This document shows, piece after piece, positions 19,493 to 30,141 of a DNA stretch of 64,000 nucleotides. The stretch lies in assembly GCA_963767925.1 (NCBI GenBank), contig CAVYGB010000008.1, positions 3,168,001-3,232,000 on the forward strand, in the 5' to 3' direction. Both the position numbers and the translations under genes were made by a program. Below the pieces are notes generated by a model that had not been told where the DNA came from, did not search any database, and saw nothing but the letters and a program-made list of their open reading frames with translations. Source of the DNA: an uncultured delta proteobacterium (GTDB lineage Bacteria; Myxococcota_A; Polyangia; Fen-1088). Numbering within the stretch: the stretch's first letter is position 1; the number at the start of each line of letters is the position of its first letter.

Positions 19493-21220
19493 CTACGGCG
19501 CCAGGTATTCGTCGGCGCCGCAGTCGCTGCGGGTGCCGTTGGGCGGGCGGGCCTCGCCGTCGATGTCGTCGGCCGGCATGTCGGAGCTCGACATCGCGTC
19601 CTGGCAGGGCGCGCCCTCGGTGAGGTGGTAGGCCCGGGTGGTGGAGAAGCGTGGATCCACGCCCTCTCTCCCGCTGGGCTCCATGCAGTTGAAGGAGTTG
19701 AGCCCGAGGTTGTTGAACAGCAACACGCCGATCAGGCTCTGGTTGGTCGAGTTGCAGACCACCCCCGCCTCGTTGTTGTCGACGACCGTGTTGGCTCGAA
19801 AACGTCCGTTGCGCCCGCCGCCGGGCGTACCCAGGAAGACGCCGCCGAAGCGGGTGGGGCCCACCGAGCCGAGCCCGTTCTTGGCGAACACGCTGTTGGT
19901 GATGTCGAAGGTGGCGCCGTTGGCGATGCGGAGCCCGCCCTCCCGGTTGAGCTCGACGATCACGCGGTTGAGCTGAACCGTCGACCCGCCGTCGACGACG
20001 ATCCCGGTCTGGTTGCCGGTGACCTTGAGGCCGCGGATGTGGAGGTTGCCCGAGCCGATCTGGACTCCTATCTCGGAGGGCGAGGTGATGGTCGCGCCCT
20101 CCTGGCCAACGATTGTGATCTGGGCGCCCGAGGCCTCGATCTCCAGCTCCGACAGGGGCTGCGGTCCCCGGAGGCGGATCATGCGGCGGTTGGCCGCCAC
20201 GGCGCCCAGGGCGGCCTGCGGCTCGCAGAAGGGCATCGCGAAGCGCCCCTCGCCCCCGTTCATCGAGCAGGGGGTGGCGTTCTGCACGTAGATGGTCTCG
20301 TCGTCGCGCGCGCAGCGGCCGTCCCGGGGGAACAGGCAGATGCCCGGCTTGTCCCCGTCCCGCTCCTTGCACTCGGCGTCCCGGGTGCAGCCGACACATT
20401 CGTTGTCCTCGCAGATGGGGCTGCTGTCCGCCTTGCAGTCGGTGCTGACCCCGCACTGGACGCAGCTTCCGCCCGGCAAGCAGATCGGCAGGGCGTTGCT
20501 CGTCTTCTGGGCGCAGGCGGCGTTGCCGCCCCCCTCGTCGCAGGCCACGCAGGCGCCCGCGGCGCACAGGGGCTGATCGGCGGACTTGCAATCGCCGTGG
20601 CCCTGGCACTCGACGCACACGTTGTCCGTCGTGCAAAACGGTCGGGCGGTGGGGCAATCAACGGCCGCCAGGCACTCCACGCAGGTCCGGGCCTCGGTGC
20701 ACCGGCGCTTCTCGCTCGGGCAATGCATGTCCACCGTGCAGGCCACGCAGGTGTTCTCGAAGCACTGCGAGGTGCTGCCCGCGCAGTGGCTGTTCTCCGA
20801 GCAGGTCCCGGGCGCGTCGGGGGGCGTGTCGGGGGGCGCATCCGGGCCGGGGACGGGGATGCCCGGGTCGCCGGGGTCGACGGCGGCGTCCCCGTCCCCG
20901 CTGCCGCTGCCGTTGCCGTTGCCGTTGCCCGGCGGGTTCGCGCCGCCGTCGCCGGCCGGCATGCCCCCGGTGCCGTCGATGCGAGGGCCTCCCTCGGGCG
21001 AGGAGCCAGGTCCGCCCGGCATCCGCTCGCACTTGTGCCGAGCCATGTTGCAGGAATAGCCGGCGCCGCACTCGACGCTGGCCACGCAGGTGCTCGGATC
21101 GTCCCGGGTCCCGCAGGCCAGCGAGAGCAGCAGGGCCCAGCCGACGGCCGTCGCTGTCGCGGTCCAGGCCGGGCGAGCGGTGACGTGCGGAGCATCGGAT
21201 CGCGGTCCTGGTTGAGCCAT
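19493..21220 (-). CDS. Cys-rich surface lipoprotein with right-handed beta-helix C-terminus
   Basis: LLLSLAC lipobox; repeated CVxCxxxxxC units; N/G-rich beta-helix; ends DIDGEARP...DCGADEY; start uncertain. Confidence 0.75.
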   Translation of the reverse strand: MAQPGPRSDAPHVTARPAWTATATAVGWALLLSLACGTRDDPSTCVASVECGAGYSCNMARHKCERMPGGPGSSPEGGPRIDGTGGMPAGDGGANPPGNGNGNGSGSGDGDAAVDPGDPGIPVPGPDAPPDTPPDAPGTCSENSHCAGSTSQCFENTCVACTVDMHCPSEKRRCTEARTCVECLAAVDCPTARPFCTTDNVCVECQGHGDCKSADQPLCAAGACVACDEGGGNAACAQKTSNALPICLPGGSCVQCGVSTDCKADSSPICEDNECVGCTRDAECKERDGDKPGICLFPRDGRCARDDETIYVQNATPCSMNGGEGRFAMPFCEPQAALGAVAANRRMIRLRGPQPLSELEIEASGAQITIVGQEGATITSPSEIGVQIGSGNLHIRGLKVTGNQTGIVVDGGSTVQLNRVIVELNREGGLRIANGATFDITNSVFAKNGLGSVGPTRFGGVFLGTPGGGRNGRFRANTVVDNNEAGVVCNSTNQSLIGVLLFNNLGLNSFNCMEPSGREGVDPRFSTTRAYHLTEGAPCQDAMSSSDMPADDIDGEARPPNGTRSDCGADEYLAP

Positions 21221-21809
21221 GGCGGCCGAATCATGACGCGATTCGCTCCCGCGGCCAAGACCCCATTGGCTCTGTCGTCGACGCACTGGGCTCCGTCCGC
21301 TCTGGCGCCACAAAAGAAACGGCCGACGCCTGGATCGACGTCGGCCGCAACCCCGAGATCGGCTTTTTTCGACGACCTTGCCCGCCTCGCCACCCTCCCC
21401 GCCGCCGCCTCGTGACCTCCCACCGACCCGGAGCTCGAGACATTTCGCGGGAGCCCCGCTGAACGCCATCGCCTCCCACCCTCCCCGCCGCCCACCCCAT
21501 GACCTGCTCCCGGGAGGGGCCCTGACCCGCCCTCGCCGCTATCTGGCTGCCCCTGTCTTTGCCTGTCTCTGTCGCCTGCCTCGGTTCCTGTCTCGAGCAG
21601 GCCCGTCTCGTTACCCATCCACCCCGCCGTGCCCGCCCTCTCCCGCCACCGTGCCCACCATCGTATCTAGCGGAGCTCCCGCGACGGGGGGGTTAAACTT
21701 GGGTAATCCTCCGGTTAACCGAGGGGTTCGGGCGCGGTACGCCGGGGCTAGCTACACTTGGAGGAGCGTCTGTCGATGGCCGGCGCTGTCACGTGACAAC
21801 TCGTGCTGG

Positions 21810-21827
21810 TGTCACCTATCCGTCGCT
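21810..21827 (+). promoter_or_regulatory. Putative Pho box upstream of ppk1
   Basis: GTCAC (21811) and GTCGC (21822) 11 bp apart; another GTCAC at 21788. Confidence 0.55.
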
Positions 21828-21876
21828 CAAGCGACACATTTCAGGCAAACCCCGAAGCTAGGATGCGAGCGCCTAC

Positions 21877-24132
21877 ATGTCCCCTCGGAAGGAGAACGCG
21901 GCTTCTGCCCCCATTCAGGCGCGACGGGACTCCGGCGCCAACCTGTTTCTGAACCGTGAGCTTTCCTGGCTGGAGTTCAACGGCCGCGTTTTCGAGGAGG
22001 CCGCCGACCCGGGGGTACCGCTCGGTGAACGCCTGAAGTTCCAGTCGATCGTCGCCTCGAACCTCGACGAGTTTTTCATGGTCCGGGTGGCCGGCCTCAA
22101 GCAGCTCGTCGCCAGCCGGAGCAACGAGGCGGGCGCCGACGGGATGCCGCCCGAGGAGCAGCTCACCGCGATCAGCGAGCGGGCGCACGCCATGGTGGCC
22201 GCCCTGTACGCCAACTGGAAAGATGCCATCGAGCCGGGGTTGCGCGAGCGGGCGGGCCTCACCATCCTCCGCCCCAGCCAGCTCAGCTCGACCCAGCGTG
22301 CCAAGCTGCAGGCCCACTTCAGCAAGGACGTCTGGGCGGTGTTGACCCCCCTGGCGGTCGACCAGGGGCATCCGTTTCCGGCGTTGCGAAACCGCAGCTT
22401 GAACCTCGCCATCCTGTTGCACAAGGAGCGGCAGCGGGTGGCCCGGCGGTCGTCGATCGTCGCGGTCGTGCAGGTCCCCTCGGTGTTGCCCCGCCTGGTG
22501 GAGGTGCCGGCCGAGGCCCCCCACCGCGCCGCCTTCGTGCTGCTCGAGGACCTCATCACCCTGCACGTGGGCGGGTTGTTCCCCGGCTTCCGGGTGGTGA
22601 GCTGCAGCGCCTTCCGGGTGACCCGCAACTCCGACCTCACCATCGACGAGGACGAGGCAGACGACCTGCTGAAGACCATCCAGAAGGAGCTGCGCCGCCG
22701 CGACCGGGGCCACGCCGTGCGCCTGGAGCTCGCCGAGGGCACGCCCGCCGACGTCCAGAAGTTCCTGCGCCAGGCCTTGCGGCTCGAGAAGGACGACGTC
22801 TACTCCATCCCCGGGCCGCTCAACCTGTCCGACCTGACCCCCCTGCACGGCCACGAACAGCTCCGCGAGCTGCGCGACGAGCCCTTCGTGCCTCAGGAGG
22901 CGCCCGCGCTGCGCGACACCGAGGACCTGTTCCGGGCGGTGTCCGAGCGGGACGTCCTGCTCCACCACCCCTACGAGACCTTCGACCACGTCGTCGAGTT
23001 CGTGGCCCAGGCGGCCGACGATCCCAACGTGCTGGCCATCAAGCAGACCCTCTACCGCACGAACGCCGACTCGCCCATCATCCGGGCCCTGGTGCGGGCG
23101 GCGGAGAACGGCAAGCAGGTGACGGCGGTGGTCGAGCTGAAAGCCCGCTTCGACGAGGGGCACAACATCGCCTGGGCCCGCACGCTGGAGGAGGCGGGGG
23201 TCCACGTCGTGTACGGCCTGCCGGGGTTCAAGACCCACTGCAAGCTGTCGCTGGTGGTGCGCCGGCAAGAGGGCCACATCGCCCGATACGTCCACATGTC
23301 GACCGGAAACTACAACCCCTCGACGGCCCGCCTGTACGGGGACATCTCTTACATGACCGCCCGGGAGGAGTTCGCCGACGACGCCGGGGCCCTGTTCAAC
23401 CTGCTGACCGGTTACTCGTCGCCCCCGGCCTGGAAGCGGTTCTCGGTGGCCCCGATCGGGCTGGCCGAGCGGATCATCGAGCTGTGCGAGCGCGAGCGCG
23501 GCTTCGGGGCCCAGGGGCACATCATCGCCAAGATGAACGCCCTGGTCGATCCGGAGGTCATCCGGGCCCTGTACCGGGCCTCGCAGGCGGGGGTGAAGAT
23601 CGATCTGCTGGTGCGGGGGATCTGCTGCCTGCGCCCGGGGATCCCCGGCGTCAGCGAGAACATCCAGGTCCTCAGCGTCGTCGACCGGTTCCTCGAGCAC
23701 GCGCGCATCTTCTACTTCCAGGCCGGCGGCAAGAAGGAGGTCTACCTGGGGTCGGCCGACTGGATGCCCCGCAACTTCATCCGCCGGGTGGAGGTGATGT
23801 TCCCGGTCGAAGATCCGGCGCTGCGCGACCGCATGCTCGACGAGATCCTGAGGCCCGCCCTGGCCGACAACGTCAAGGCCCGGCGCCTGCGCAGCGACGG
23901 CAGCTACGAGCGGCTGCACCCGCCCGCCGGCGATCCGGCGGCGGCGGTCCGCAGCCAGCAGCGCTTCATGGAGCTGGCCCGCACCCGGGCGGCCGGCGCC
24001 GCCGTGACCCCGCTGTCCTCGGGCGGGTTCCTCGGACCGGTCACCGGGGAATCCGGCGGGACGCGCAACCCGCCCGGCGCCCATGCCCCGGCCTCCTCCC
24101 CCCGGCGGGTGGTCTCCGACCTCGCCTCCTGA
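21877..24132 (+). CDS. ppk1: Polyphosphate kinase 1
   Basis: NRELSWLEFN, SNLDEFFMVRVAG, LHHPYE, IKQTLYRT, KARFDE, RFLEHAR, SADWMPRN. Confidence 0.98.
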   Translation: MSPRKENAASAPIQARRDSGANLFLNRELSWLEFNGRVFEEAADPGVPLGERLKFQSIVASNLDEFFMVRVAGLKQLVASRSNEAGADGMPPEEQLTAISERAHAMVAALYANWKDAIEPGLRERAGLTILRPSQLSSTQRAKLQAHFSKDVWAVLTPLAVDQGHPFPALRNRSLNLAILLHKERQRVARRSSIVAVVQVPSVLPRLVEVPAEAPHRAAFVLLEDLITLHVGGLFPGFRVVSCSAFRVTRNSDLTIDEDEADDLLKTIQKELRRRDRGHAVRLELAEGTPADVQKFLRQALRLEKDDVYSIPGPLNLSDLTPLHGHEQLRELRDEPFVPQEAPALRDTEDLFRAVSERDVLLHHPYETFDHVVEFVAQAADDPNVLAIKQTLYRTNADSPIIRALVRAAENGKQVTAVVELKARFDEGHNIAWARTLEEAGVHVVYGLPGFKTHCKLSLVVRRQEGHIARYVHMSTGNYNPSTARLYGDISYMTAREEFADDAGALFNLLTGYSSPPAWKRFSVAPIGLAERIIELCERERGFGAQGHIIAKMNALVDPEVIRALYRASQAGVKIDLLVRGICCLRPGIPGVSENIQVLSVVDRFLEHARIFYFQAGGKKEVYLGSADWMPRNFIRRVEVMFPVEDPALRDRMLDEILRPALADNVKARRLRSDGSYERLHPPAGDPAAAVRSQQRFMELARTRAAGAAVTPLSSGGFLGPVTGESGGTRNPPGAHAPASSPRRVVSDLAS

Positions 24133-24157
24133 TTCCTGACTGAAAGGAGCGTCGCTC

Positions 24158-24661
24158 TTGGCCAAACCAGCTCGCGGCGAAGGCCTCATCTACCTCATCC
24201 GGCACGGACGCGCCGAGGACAGCCACCCCCAGGGGGACGAGGCGCGCGGGTTGACCGCCGATGGCCGAAGGGCCTTCCGCGAGCTCGCCCACGAGGTCGG
24301 CAAGAAGGTCGGGCTGCGCGGGATCGCCACCAGCCCGCTGGTGCGGGCGGTGCAGACCGCCGAGCTGCTGGCCGAGGCCGCTGGCATCGAGGAGGTGCAG
24401 GTGCGCGGCCCCCTGGCCTACGACAAGGCCTCGGGGACGAGCGTGCTCACTCTGGCCCGGGCGCTGGGGCCGGGCTGGGCCCTCGTCGGCCACAACCCCT
24501 CGATGGGCGAAGCCCTGGCCCAGGCGCTGGGCCTGGCCGGCGAGGCGGCCCGCTTTCGCAAGGGCGCCATCGCGGCCTTGCAGCCGGGGCCCGGCGAGAG
24601 CAGCCCCTGGCGCCTCGAGTGGATCATCTCCCCCGGCCGGGACTTCGAGACCGAGGTCTGA
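24158..24661 (+). CDS. sixA: SixA-like histidine phosphatase
   Basis: LIRHGRAE, TSPLVRAVQTA, LVGHNP. Confidence 0.88.
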   Translation: MAKPARGEGLIYLIRHGRAEDSHPQGDEARGLTADGRRAFRELAHEVGKKVGLRGIATSPLVRAVQTAELLAEAAGIEEVQVRGPLAYDKASGTSVLTLARALGPGWALVGHNPSMGEALAQALGLAGEAARFRKGAIAALQPGPGESSPWRLEWIISPGRDFETEV

Positions 24662-24808
24662 TGGATCGCGGGCCAGCAGCTCGGCGTGCCGGGCGCGCAG
24701 GGCCTGCTCCAGCGTCTGCTGGCGGGCCGGGTCGCTCCGGGCCGGCCCGTGCCCACAGGCGGTGGTGAAGGCGAGCAGGACGGGAAACAGAAGCCGGAGC
24801 AGGAGCAC

Positions 24809-25597
24809 TCAGCCGAACCGGCCCGTGATGTACTCCTCGGTGCGGCGCTGCTTGGGCCGGGTGAATAGCTCGTCGGTCTCGGCGAACTCGACCAGGTCGC
24901 CGAGGTAAAAGAAGGCGGTGTAGTCGGAGACCCGGGCCGCCTGCTGCATGTTGTGGGTCACGATGACCACCGTGTAGTGATCGGACAGCTCGTTGATGAG
25001 CTCCTCGATGTGGGCGGTGGCGATGGGATCCAGGGCCGACGCCGGCTCGTCCATCAGCAGGACCTCCGGCTCGACGGCGAGGGCCCGGGCGATGCAGAGG
25101 CGCTGCTGCTGCCCGCCCGACATCCCCATGGCGCTCTCGTTCAAGCGATCCTTGACCTCGTCCCAGAGCGCCGCCCGCTTGAGGGCCCGCTCCACCCGCC
25201 CGGCGATCTCGCCGCTGTTGCGCACGCCCCCGATGCGCAACCCGTAGGCCACGTTCTCGAAGATCGACTTCGGGAAGGGGTTCGAGCGCTGGAAGACCAT
25301 GCCGATGCGCCGGCGCACCACAACCGCGTCGATCCCGGGGCCGTAGATCGGCTGGTGCTCGAGCTTGACGTCCCCTTCCACCCGGCAGCCGGGGATGAGC
25401 TCGTTCATCCGGTTGAGGGCCCGCAAGAAGGTCGACTTGCCACACCCGGACGGCCCGATGAGGGCGGTCACGTGTTTGGCGGGCATGTCGAGCGTCACCG
25501 GGCCGAGGGCCTTCTTGGTCCCGTAATAGACGCTGAGGTTGCGTACCGTGATCTTGTTGGGCGGCCGGACGGGCCGCTCCTCGGCGATGGCGGTCAT
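24809..25597 (-). CDS. pstB: Phosphate ABC transporter ATPase
   Basis: [53 protein letters not shown]. Confidence 0.97.
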   Translation of the reverse strand: MTAIAEERPVRPPNKITVRNLSVYYGTKKALGPVTLDMPAKHVTALIGPSGCGKSTFLRALNRMNELIPGCRVEGDVKLEHQPIYGPGIDAVVVRRRIGMVFQRSNPFPKSIFENVAYGLRIGGVRNSGEIAGRVERALKRAALWDEVKDRLNESAMGMSGGQQQRLCIARALAVEPEVLLMDEPASALDPIATAHIEELINELSDHYTVVIVTHNMQQAARVSDYTAFFYLGDLVEFAETDELFTRPKQRRTEEYITGRFG

Positions 25598-26577
25598 CCG
25601 TGCCCCCTGGCCATGCTCCGGCGCATGCGCGCCCGCACGACGATGGCCACCGCGTTGAGCATGAAGGTCAAGACCAGCAAGACCACCACGGTGGCGTAGA
25701 GAATTGGTTTTGTCGCGTCGACGTCGGGTGACTGCGTGGACATGACGTACACGTGGTACCCGAGCTCCATGAACTGATCGTAGAGGCGGCCGGGCAGCAC
25801 CGGCAGGAAGTAGGCCGCCCCCGTGAAGAGGATGGGCGCCACCTCCCCCGCCCCCCGGCTGACCGCCAGGATGGTGCCGGTGAGGATGCCGGGGAAAGCC
25901 TGGGGGACCACCACCCGGAAGACGGTCTGGAACTTGGTGGCCCCGAGGGCCAGCGAGGCCTCGCGGGTCTCGCGGGGAATGGCCCGCAGCGCTTCCTCGG
26001 TGGCCACGATGACCACCGGCAGGGTCAACACCGCCAGGGTCAAGGAGGCCCAGATCAGCGCGGGCTGCCCGTAGACCTTGGCTCCCCCGAAGAAGATCCG
26101 GTCGACGTTGGTCCCCACGAACTGCACGAAGAACCCCAGCCCGAACAGCCCGAACACGATGGAGGGGACGCCGGCCAGGTTGGAGATGGCGATGCGGACC
26201 GCCCGGGTGATGCGGGACTGGGGGGGGGCGTATTCGTGCAGGTAGAGCGCGGTGGCCACCCCCACCGGCACCACCGCGATGGTCATCAGGATGACCAGGG
26301 CGACGGTGCCGAAGATGGCGGGGAAGATGCCCCCCGCGGTCATGCCGTGGCTGGGGGCGTTGACGAGAAAGCCGATCGAGAGCGCGGGCGCGCCGTGGAT
26401 GACGATGTCGATCAGGATGACCGCCAGGATGATGACCACCAGGGTGGTGGCCAGCCCGGTGGCGAGGGCCAGGGCGAAGTCGGACAGCCGGTGGCGCAGC
26501 GGCCGCCGCAAGGTGGCCTTTGCCAGAACAACCCCATCTGGCAACAACGCGAGCTCCCCTCCCTGTGCGCTGCTCAT
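25594..26577 (-). CDS. pstA: Phosphate ABC transporter permease
   Basis: ATG 26577 overlapping the pstC stop; [33 protein letters not shown]. Confidence 0.95.
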   Translation of the reverse strand: MSSAQGGELALLPDGVVLAKATLRRPLRHRLSDFALALATGLATTLVVIILAVILIDIVIHGAPALSIGFLVNAPSHGMTAGGIFPAIFGTVALVILMTIAVVPVGVATALYLHEYAPPQSRITRAVRIAISNLAGVPSIVFGLFGLGFFVQFVGTNVDRIFFGGAKVYGQPALIWASLTLAVLTLPVVIVATEEALRAIPRETREASLALGATKFQTVFRVVVPQAFPGILTGTILAVSRGAGEVAPILFTGAAYFLPVLPGRLYDQFMELGYHVYVMSTQSPDVDATKPILYATVVVLLVLTFMLNAVAIVVRARMRRSMARGHG

Positions 26578-27599
26578 GACACCGTCCCCAATCGCCGCTT
26601 CATGCGGTGGATGGCCTGCTCGCCAATCAGGTTGATCACGAAGGTCGTGAGAAACAGCAAGGTGCCGAGATAAAACAGCACCGTGTAGTGGGCCCCGCCC
26701 ACAACCACCTCGGCCAGCTCGGCGGCGATGGTGGCGGCCAGGGTGCGGATCGAATCGTCGAAGCGCACCGAGAGGATGGCGGCGTTGCCCGAGGCCATCA
26801 GCACGATCATGGTCTCGCCCACCGCCCGGCCCAGGCCCAGCGCCACGCCCGCGGCCAGCCCCGGGCTGGCGGCGGGGATCAGCACCCGCAAGACAGTCTG
26901 CCAGCGGGCCGCCCCCAGCGCGGTGGAGGCCTCGATGTAGCTGCGGGGAACCGCGCCCAGGGCCTCCTCGCTGATGGTGAAGATGATGGGGATGATGGCG
27001 AACGAGAGCGCCACCCCCGCCACGATGGCGTTGAGGCGCGACTCGAGCCCGAACCAGTCCTGGAACCAGCTCGCCATCACCAGCAGGGCGAAGAAGCCGA
27101 GCACGACCGAGGGGATGCCGGCCAGCAGCTCGACCACCGGCTTGATCACCTCCCGCACGCGGGGAGGGGCGTATTGCGAGACGTAGACCGCCGAGCCGAT
27201 GGCCAGCGGCACCGCGAAGATGATGGAGATGAGGACGACCTTGAGGGTGCCCACGATGAGCGGCCAGAGGGCGTATTTGGGGATGTCCGAGACCGGCTGC
27301 CAGATGTGCTCGGGCTTGTCGTACCCGTCCCAGTGCTGGGCGAGCCACATCTGGCTGGGGGTGACCTCGCTGCGCACTTCGTGGTCGTAGAAGATGGGCA
27401 GCGCCTGCTTGGCCACGAACAAGAAGATGAGGGCGATGGCGAGGACGGCGGAGAAGGCCCACACCCGCAGCAACATCTCACCCGCCTTGTGCCACCGCGG
27501 CGGGGGGGCCAGGACCAATCGGGAGAATGGTCCGGACGCCCCCTCCGTCCGGGGGGTCACGCTGGGCGCCTGAGGCTCAGGAAGAGAGGTGGGCGGCAC
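26574..27599 (-). CDS. pstC: Phosphate ABC transporter permease
   Basis: [27 protein letters not shown]. Confidence 0.95.
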   Translation of the reverse strand: MPPTSLPEPQAPSVTPRTEGASGPFSRLVLAPPPRWHKAGEMLLRVWAFSAVLAIALIFLFVAKQALPIFYDHEVRSEVTPSQMWLAQHWDGYDKPEHIWQPVSDIPKYALWPLIVGTLKVVLISIIFAVPLAIGSAVYVSQYAPPRVREVIKPVVELLAGIPSVVLGFFALLVMASWFQDWFGLESRLNAIVAGVALSFAIIPIIFTISEEALGAVPRSYIEASTALGAARWQTVLRVLIPAASPGLAAGVALGLGRAVGETMIVLMASGNAAILSVRFDDSIRTLAATIAAELAEVVVGGAHYTVLFYLGTLLFLTTFVINLIGEQAIHRMKRRLGTVS

Positions 27600-27621
27600 G
27601 CGCGAAGTAAACCAGGTCCAG

Positions 27622-27659
27622 GTGACCGCTTGGTGGCAGGTTCGTGACAGCTGTTTGAC
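27622..27659 (-). promoter_or_regulatory. Putative four-unit Pho box array between pstS and pstC
   Basis: Plus-strand GTGAC 27622, GTGGC 27633, GTGAC 27644, TTGAC 27655, at exact 11-bp spacing. Confidence 0.75.
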
Positions 27660-27682
27660 GACGAGTTGTCGACGCTGCGACG

Positions 27683-28510
27683 CTACTTGATCGGGTAGTA
27701 GCCAACCTTGTTGACCACCGCCTGCCCCTCCGGCGAGAGCACCCAGTCGACGAAGCCCTTGATGTCACCACTCGGCTGGTTGCGCACGTAGAAGAACAGC
27801 GGGCGAGCCAGGGCGTAGGTCCCCGAGGCCACCGACTGCAGGTCGGGCGCGATGGCGGGGCTGTCCGCGTCCTTCTTGAGCTTGAGGATCTTCAGCCCCT
27901 TGGCGAACGCCGCGCCGCCGTAGCCGATCCCGAACTTCTCCTTGGTCACCGCGTTGACCACCGAGGCGGTGCCCGGCATGGTCTGGGCGCGGGGCGTGAA
28001 GTCGCGGCCGGCGAGGACGTTGTCCTTGAAGAACACGTAGGTGCCCGAGCTGTTTTCACGGGAGTACACGATGATGCGGGCGTCGGGGCCGCCCAGGTCC
28101 TTCCAGTTTGTCACCTTGCCCAGGAAGACGTCGCGGAGCTGGGGCAGCGAGATCTCGGTGAGCGGGTTCGAGCTGTGCACGTAGACCGACAGGCCATCCC
28201 GCGCCACCGCGATCTCGACCCCCGTGGTGTTGTAGCGATCGCGCAGCTTGCCCTTCTCCGGCGCCTTCATGGCCCGGGACGACATGCAGATGTCGGTGGT
28301 CCCGTTGATGAGCGCGCTGATCCCGGTGCCCGATCCGCCGCCGGTGACCTGGATCTGCGAGTCGGGAGACTTGTGCATGAACTCCTCGGCCCAGCGCTGG
28401 CCGAGGATGACCATGGTGTCCGATCCCTTGATGGTGACGGGGGCGGCCTGGACGACGGCGGCTGGCGTCAGGACGGCGAACGCCAGCAAAACACGATTCA
28501 AAATGCGCAT
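27683..28510 (-). CDS. pstS: Phosphate ABC transporter substrate-binding protein
   Basis: Signal peptide; IKGSDT, GGGSGTG, SRENSSGT, YALARPLF. Confidence 0.95.
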   Translation of the reverse strand: MRILNRVLLAFAVLTPAAVVQAAPVTIKGSDTMVILGQRWAEEFMHKSPDSQIQVTGGGSGTGISALINGTTDICMSSRAMKAPEKGKLRDRYNTTGVEIAVARDGLSVYVHSSNPLTEISLPQLRDVFLGKVTNWKDLGGPDARIIVYSRENSSGTYVFFKDNVLAGRDFTPRAQTMPGTASVVNAVTKEKFGIGYGGAAFAKGLKILKLKKDADSPAIAPDLQSVASGTYALARPLFFYVRNQPSGDIKGFVDWVLSPEGQAVVNKVGYYPIK

Positions 28511-28560
28511 GTGAATGACTCCTCTCGTTTGAAATCTGCAGCCCGAGCGGCGGGTGTCGC

Positions 28561-29952
28561 TCAGAACTTCGCCTGCATCTGCAAGGTGAGGGCGTCGTTG
28601 CCCTTGGCATTCGCCTGCTCGCCGAAGTGGTCGTAGGCCAGGGTGAGCTTGAGGTTGCCGGAGACGTAGCCGAGCAGCGCGATCCCGAAGTTGCTCACCC
28701 GGTCGGCCTGGCCGGCGTCGCGGGCGGCCATGGCGCAGGCGTCGGCCAGGCCCGTGTTGGGGTCGTATTGATCGAAGCGGAAGGCGACGCCGAAGTTGTC
28801 CCCGATGTTCTGGACCACCGTGGCGTACCAGCCGAAGCGGGTGGCGTCCTTGCAGCCCTCGGCGTCGGCCGCGACGCCGCCGAAGTCCATCTGGCCGTCT
28901 TTGGCCCAGATCGCCTCGGCCCGCAGGGTGAAGCCGCCGAGCGAGGGCAGGTCGTAGTAGACCTGCGCGTCAGCCCCCACCCGCGAACGGGCGTAGCGCT
29001 CGTACCCCGCGATGGGCATCATCGCCGTGGCCGGGCGAACCGTCCGCAGGAAGCGGCCGAAGTGCCCCGAGACCCCGAAGACGTAGTGCCCGAGGTCGAC
29101 GCCCAGACGGCCCACGAAGTCCTTCCAGCTGCTCTGGTCGAAGGTCGTGTGGACGGCGTCGTTGGTGAAGGTGCCGTTGATGATGGCGGCCATCAGGCGA
29201 AACTGGCTGTAGCTGTATTGCAGGCGCAGGCCCCGGTCGCGCTCACCGGGGAACAACGCCCGGATGACCGAGGTGCGCTCGGGCAGCTCGCGATCGCTGG
29301 AGGACTGCAGCACCTCGAAGCCGAAGGGGATCTTGAACTGACCCAGGGTCAGCTTGAGCTCCCACTCGGTGGCGCTGGGGAACCAGACGTTCTCGTTGGT
29401 GATGTAAAAGCTCGCCTCGGCGTCGCGCAGCACCACCCCGTCGCCGGTGGCGTCGAACTGGAGGACGTACTCCGAGAGGGTGCCGACGTAGGTGGTCTTG
29501 AGCCGGCCGCGCCGCACGTAGAAGCGGTTCGTCCCGCGCTGCGAAGGGCTCTTGCTGGAGTCGACGCCGTAGTCGGCGTCGTCGTGCCACTCGTAGCGGC
29601 CCTGGACGTAGCCGCTGAACTTGAGCCGCTTGAGCGCGGCGATGTCCGACTGGATGGCCGGGAACGGCTCGAGCACGCCCTCGAGCTGCCCTTCCAGGTT
29701 GCTGATGCGGTCTTCGAGGGGGCTGCCGCCGCTCTCGGGGGGAGGCGGCTCGGCGGGGGGCGGGGGCTCGGCCGGCGGGGCCGGCTCGGCGGGAGGGGCG
29801 GGCGGAGCCGGCTCGGCCTGCGGCGCGGGTTGCTCCGGAGCCGGCTGGGCCGGCTCGACGGGGGGTGTAGGCTGGGCGGCCGCCGGAGCGGCCAGCAGGA
29901 CGACCAGGCACAGGGACAGTCCTGGGCCAATCAGGGCGGATCGGGTTTGCAT
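28561..29952 (-). CDS. Outer-membrane porin, probably phosphate-selective (OprO/OprP-like)
   Basis: Signal peptide, Pro-rich linker, FSGYVQGRY, VRRGRLK, GQFKIPFG, RDRG, C-terminal Phe; directly upstream of pstS. Confidence 0.82.
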   Translation of the reverse strand: MQTRSALIGPGLSLCLVVLLAAPAAAQPTPPVEPAQPAPEQPAPQAEPAPPAPPAEPAPPAEPPPPAEPPPPESGGSPLEDRISNLEGQLEGVLEPFPAIQSDIAALKRLKFSGYVQGRYEWHDDADYGVDSSKSPSQRGTNRFYVRRGRLKTTYVGTLSEYVLQFDATGDGVVLRDAEASFYITNENVWFPSATEWELKLTLGQFKIPFGFEVLQSSSDRELPERTSVIRALFPGERDRGLRLQYSYSQFRLMAAIINGTFTNDAVHTTFDQSSWKDFVGRLGVDLGHYVFGVSGHFGRFLRTVRPATAMMPIAGYERYARSRVGADAQVYYDLPSLGGFTLRAEAIWAKDGQMDFGGVAADAEGCKDATRFGWYATVVQNIGDNFGVAFRFDQYDPNTGLADACAMAARDAGQADRVSNFGIALLGYVSGNLKLTLAYDHFGEQANAKGNDALTLQMQAKF

Positions 29953-30030
29953 GGCGGCCAAAAAATGCCGGGTTCGGGTGTCACCCTGACGGCGCGATTG
30001 CAACACTACGGAAAACCATCGGCGGCTTTC

Positions 30031-30047
30031 TGTCACTGCCCCGTCAC
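30031..30047 (+). promoter_or_regulatory. Putative Pho box in the porin/phoB divergent region
   Basis: GTCAC 30032 and GTCAC 30043. Confidence 0.65.
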
Positions 30048-30087
30048 AGAGCGCTCGCCGAAGCGGGGCCGCCACATCCCCGGAAAC

Positions 30088-30115
30088 TGTCGCAGCCTGG
30101 TCACCTGTTTGTCAC
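30088..30115 (+). promoter_or_regulatory. Putative three-unit Pho box upstream of phoB
   Basis: GTCGC 30089, GTCAC 30100, GTCAC 30111. Confidence 0.7.
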
Positions 30116-30141
30116 GGGCTGCCGCTAGTGTGGCGCGCGTG

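Noticed and set aside
20895..20930. Short tandem GCCGTT/GCCGCT repeats
   Set aside because: They encode an in-frame GNGNGNGSGS linker; not a CRISPR or phase-variation tract.
21230..21780. Possible small ORFs or RNA in the gap before ppk1
   Set aside because: No RBS, motif or recognisable RNA structure that I can support.
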